A stretch of DNA of 64,000 nucleotides from Lytechinus pictus (lineage: Eukaryota). The position numbers were made by a program, and so were the translations under genes. The stretch is from positions 26,104,001 through 26,168,000 of the forward strand of contig NC_087250.1 of assembly GCF_037042905.1 (NCBI RefSeq), written 5' to 3'. Numbering within the stretch: the stretch's first letter is position 1; the number at the start of each line of letters is the position of its first letter. The notes under the pieces were generated by a model, which searched no databases, was not told where the DNA came from, and saw only the letters and a program-made list of their open reading frames with translations. Shown in pieces: positions 61,082 through 64,000 of the stretch.

Positions 61082-62918
61082 GCATAAGAAACGTGTGGAT
61101 GTGAAAATATCACAAAAAGTTCGGACGGGGCTAAGTTAAGCCAACCAACATTGGGCAAGTTGAGCCATGGTAATTCTTATGGTAATATATAGTAAAAAAA
61201 ATAAAAAACATAAAAAGCCATTGATATGCAGGCAGAAAGGAGCAAATTCACATGACAGTTCTTTTACTTTTAGAAGATGTTAGTATTTATAGAGAATTAG
61301 CAAGTGAAAAGACTTTAAATGAAAAATTGGCATCCTGGTTCTCCCGCATACATTTTGCACATAGTTTTTGTGGCTCAATTTACCCCAGACGGTGGCACAA
61401 CTTACCCCACTTATGGGACAAGTTGAGCCATTTGACATCAGTTTTTTCAAAGGTCACAACGAATTTCAGCGTGGGGATAGAAATTTGTATATAGGTGAAA
61501 AATATTTCCCAAGAATCAAATTTAAAGGCAAGGTACTTATTTTTACAATATTACTAGTCATATCAATTCTAACATGCAAAATGTAAAAAGTGTCACAACT
61601 TACCCCGCCTTCCCCTACACTTGTTTTCTTCTCAAAAGTGGTTTCTGTACCCTTCGCCTTCGATGGACTATGACTCTGTGCAAGGTAGGTGTCAAATCAA
61701 CATTAACGAGTTAGCAAATTACGAAGCTGGCATTTAAACTTTGGTAACATTGTTTGGAAACACCTTGTGTATTATATCACATTATAGGAAATATATTTCC
61801 ATAACTTTATGAATCATAATTTGCTTAGGACCTATGAGTTCACCATTCCTGGTGCTCATATTATCTGTTTAATGATATATATAATCATGTTGTACTAAAA
61901 GTCCCGTTTTCAAGTCAATATAAACCAAACATATTTAATTGTTTATTGTTTTATGTAGTTACACATGCTTCTTTTTCATGACTACTTAAAGTCATTGCCC
62001 CCCCCCCCCCCCATTAAGGTCTAATTATAGAAAATTCACAGTCCGTGCTTACGTTCGTATTAGTCTCGTTAGTGGATTGGTGAGATATGTCCGCTTTTCA
62101 TGAATTAAACAAACTGTCCTTAAAAACGTCCCTTTTCTGGTATTTATATCAGAAATTTCCCGATAGCGCTTCGCGTTCAAATTATTCGGTTCACGTATTC
62201 CTACAAACAAACCCTAGGGTGTTGTATTTTGTTTATGTTAATGTTATAATTGAATTAGTTTTACTTTGTTTTACTATATTAATATTAAAAGCGAATAAAG
62301 AACTATATACTATATGTGCTTAACTAAAATCATCTGTTATCATTATTATTAAAATGCCCTTTTCTATGTCTGAATTTCGCGCTCGGAATAGATTATTGAG
62401 ATACGTATCACGTTCGTGATTACAATGACTGCAAAAGTGTTTCATGTGTTTAGGTGTAATTTCGCATATCAATTTCTTAAAAAGTCCCTATCGTGGGAGG
62501 GGGATATCCCCTCCCACCCCCCCCCCCCCACCCTCATCGGTCGCTTTACTCCCTCGCCGAGACTCAGGCACTATTCATCCCCAAATCATCACAAGAAATC
62601 GACACCTAAGGTAAAAAAAAAACACAGTGCTATCAATCCAGACCGATCAGGATTGGTTATCACGTTATTTGCAATGATATTCCGACGGTTTGTTTTATAC
62701 GTTATTTACTATGACATATTTTGGTTTGTTGAAATTACCCTGTTAAAAGTATATTTGGAAAATAACATAAAAGAAATATGCCTATTAAAATATATTGCCG
62801 AAGGTTTGAGATAAATCAATCTGCGAGATACGTTATGAAGAAAAAAAAATCCCCCTATACGAGAAATCAAGGGCAGGCCACGTACTAGCAAAACATTTTG
62901 TGCAGATGTCCCAGAATA

Positions 62919-63366
62919 GACCAGTTCGTAGTTACGTATGGACAATTTTGGTCAAATGACCTTTCATTTCTTTCATTATGATAGGCAGATTTCAAAGCAA
63001 GATATTACGTAAGCTTGCCTTACCTAGCAGGATGAAGAAATTGAATAGACCAGGTGACTAGAATAGCACACTAATGAACACTTTATAAAGGTATTTGTTG
63101 CGTTCCTATTTTGAATGCACATCATAGCATGTTGCACAATGTACTTGGCAAACTGTGAAATACCAGTCGTTCGTGGACGCATTGTTGTTTTTTGTGGATG
63201 TAAATGAAAACCACAATTCAAAAGAATACATGAATAATCAAGACATCAAAGTTGGTGCTTATCTCATTAGATTTTAAACCACCATGTCACTTTAGTACAA
63301 ATGACCTTCCTCTGATCATGCGTAGAATCTTTTGATCATGCGCAGAAAGGAAGTACGAACTGGCTT
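62919..63366. mobile_element. MITE
   Basis: GACCAGTTCGTAGTT at ~62920 is the inverse of AAGTACGAACTGGC at ~63351-63364. Confidence 0.55.
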
Positions 63367-64000
63367 AATAAGCACACTTTAAGAGATTTCATTCATTATC
63401 AGGAAAAAATATCCCCAAGCATGGGATCTTTCCTTTTTTGCAAGATTTGTTTTTGTCAGTACTAAGAGGAAATTAGACGAGCTACATGTGTTGTAGGGAT
63501 GACGTCATTAAAAGGGTTTTTTTTTTCAGAAAGACTCGGTATGACATTTGTTTTTAAGCACAGTCCAAAACAATAGCCAAGTTATAGTAAAGTAGATCAA
63601 ACATATTTAATGTAGGTTATCAAAGTCACGTTCTTTACTATTTTCACAAACAATATATTTCCAAAGCTACATACCGATAAGTTCAAGTATACACGCTCTT
63701 TCAACAATCTCTGCACACTGTGTGAATGAATGCGAATACAACTGAGTTAGACATGCAGTGTGTATTGAAACATATTGGGGATTTTCCACATCATGGATCA
63801 GTGCACAAATCAAACAAAATATCCAATGTTGGATATTGATACAAATTCCATCTTTCGACAACTACAAGTTTAATGTGGCTTACGGTATAGCAATGGCGTA
63901 CAGTAATGATTGGTGTAGTAATAACTGAAACGCAGGCGCGGATCCAGGGGGAGGGGGTCAGGGGGCACGTGCCTCCCCTTTTGAGAAGCAAAATTAATAT

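Larger units (their letters stand above)
56742..61615. mobile_element. pogo/Tc1-like non-autonomous element with TA TSD
   Basis: TA|GGGGAAGGCGGGGTAAGTTG...CAACTTACCCCGCCTTCCCC|TA, a perfect 20-bp TIR. Internal GGGCAAGTTGAGCC repeats. Confidence 0.85.
54454..61767. mobile_element. Old Tc1/mariner-like element hosting nested insertions
   Basis: TA|CAGGGTGTTTCTGAAAAAATGTAACC compared with the reverse complement of the right end, CAAGGTGTTTCCAAACAATGTTACC. Confidence 0.55.
49872..62610. mobile_element. Old hAT-like element (same TIR family as 17131) expanded by nested insertions
   Basis: CATGGGTGTCGATC at 49872 and AATCGACACCTAAG ending at 62610. Flanks GTAATAAT / GTAAAAAA match at 6/8. Confidence 0.55.

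Noticed and set aside
63024..63221. Candidate 5'UTR exon of the DEATH gene (minus-strand donor AG|GTAAGG at 63023)
   Set aside because: It lies inside a MITE (62919-63366) and has no independent support.

Overview
Eukaryotic, AT-rich, repeat-dense genomic DNA. The SINE and MITE families and the gene types suggest an echinoderm, probably a sea urchin; this is inference, not shown. Most listed ORFs are spurious, and the real genes are spliced and on the minus strand. (1) The first three coding exons of an SLC5 (SMCT/NIS/SMVT-type) Na+/solute symporter lie at 12750->10028, and the gene probably continues off the left edge. (2) A tandem birth-and-death cluster at 36.3-49.8 kb encodes an unusual DEATH domain + coiled coil + beta-propeller protein. 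It holds one intact two-coding-exon gene (~622 aa), one copy inactivated by a 14-nt deletion and one relic, and the predicted propeller loops are hypervariable between copies. This is the best candidate for an undescribed innate-immune sensor family. (3) An intron-containing tRNA-Tyr(GUA) lies inside a 9.6-kb inverted-repeat element. Mobile DNA includes an intact single-ORF L2/CR1-group LINE, a 5'-truncated LINE, tRNA-derived SINEs, a decayed spliced Harbinger transposase and many non-autonomous TIR elements with readable TSDs, stacked up to five deep at 49.9-62.6 kb. A 342-bp templated insertion with an 81-bp flanking duplication sits at 33.1-33.6 kb.
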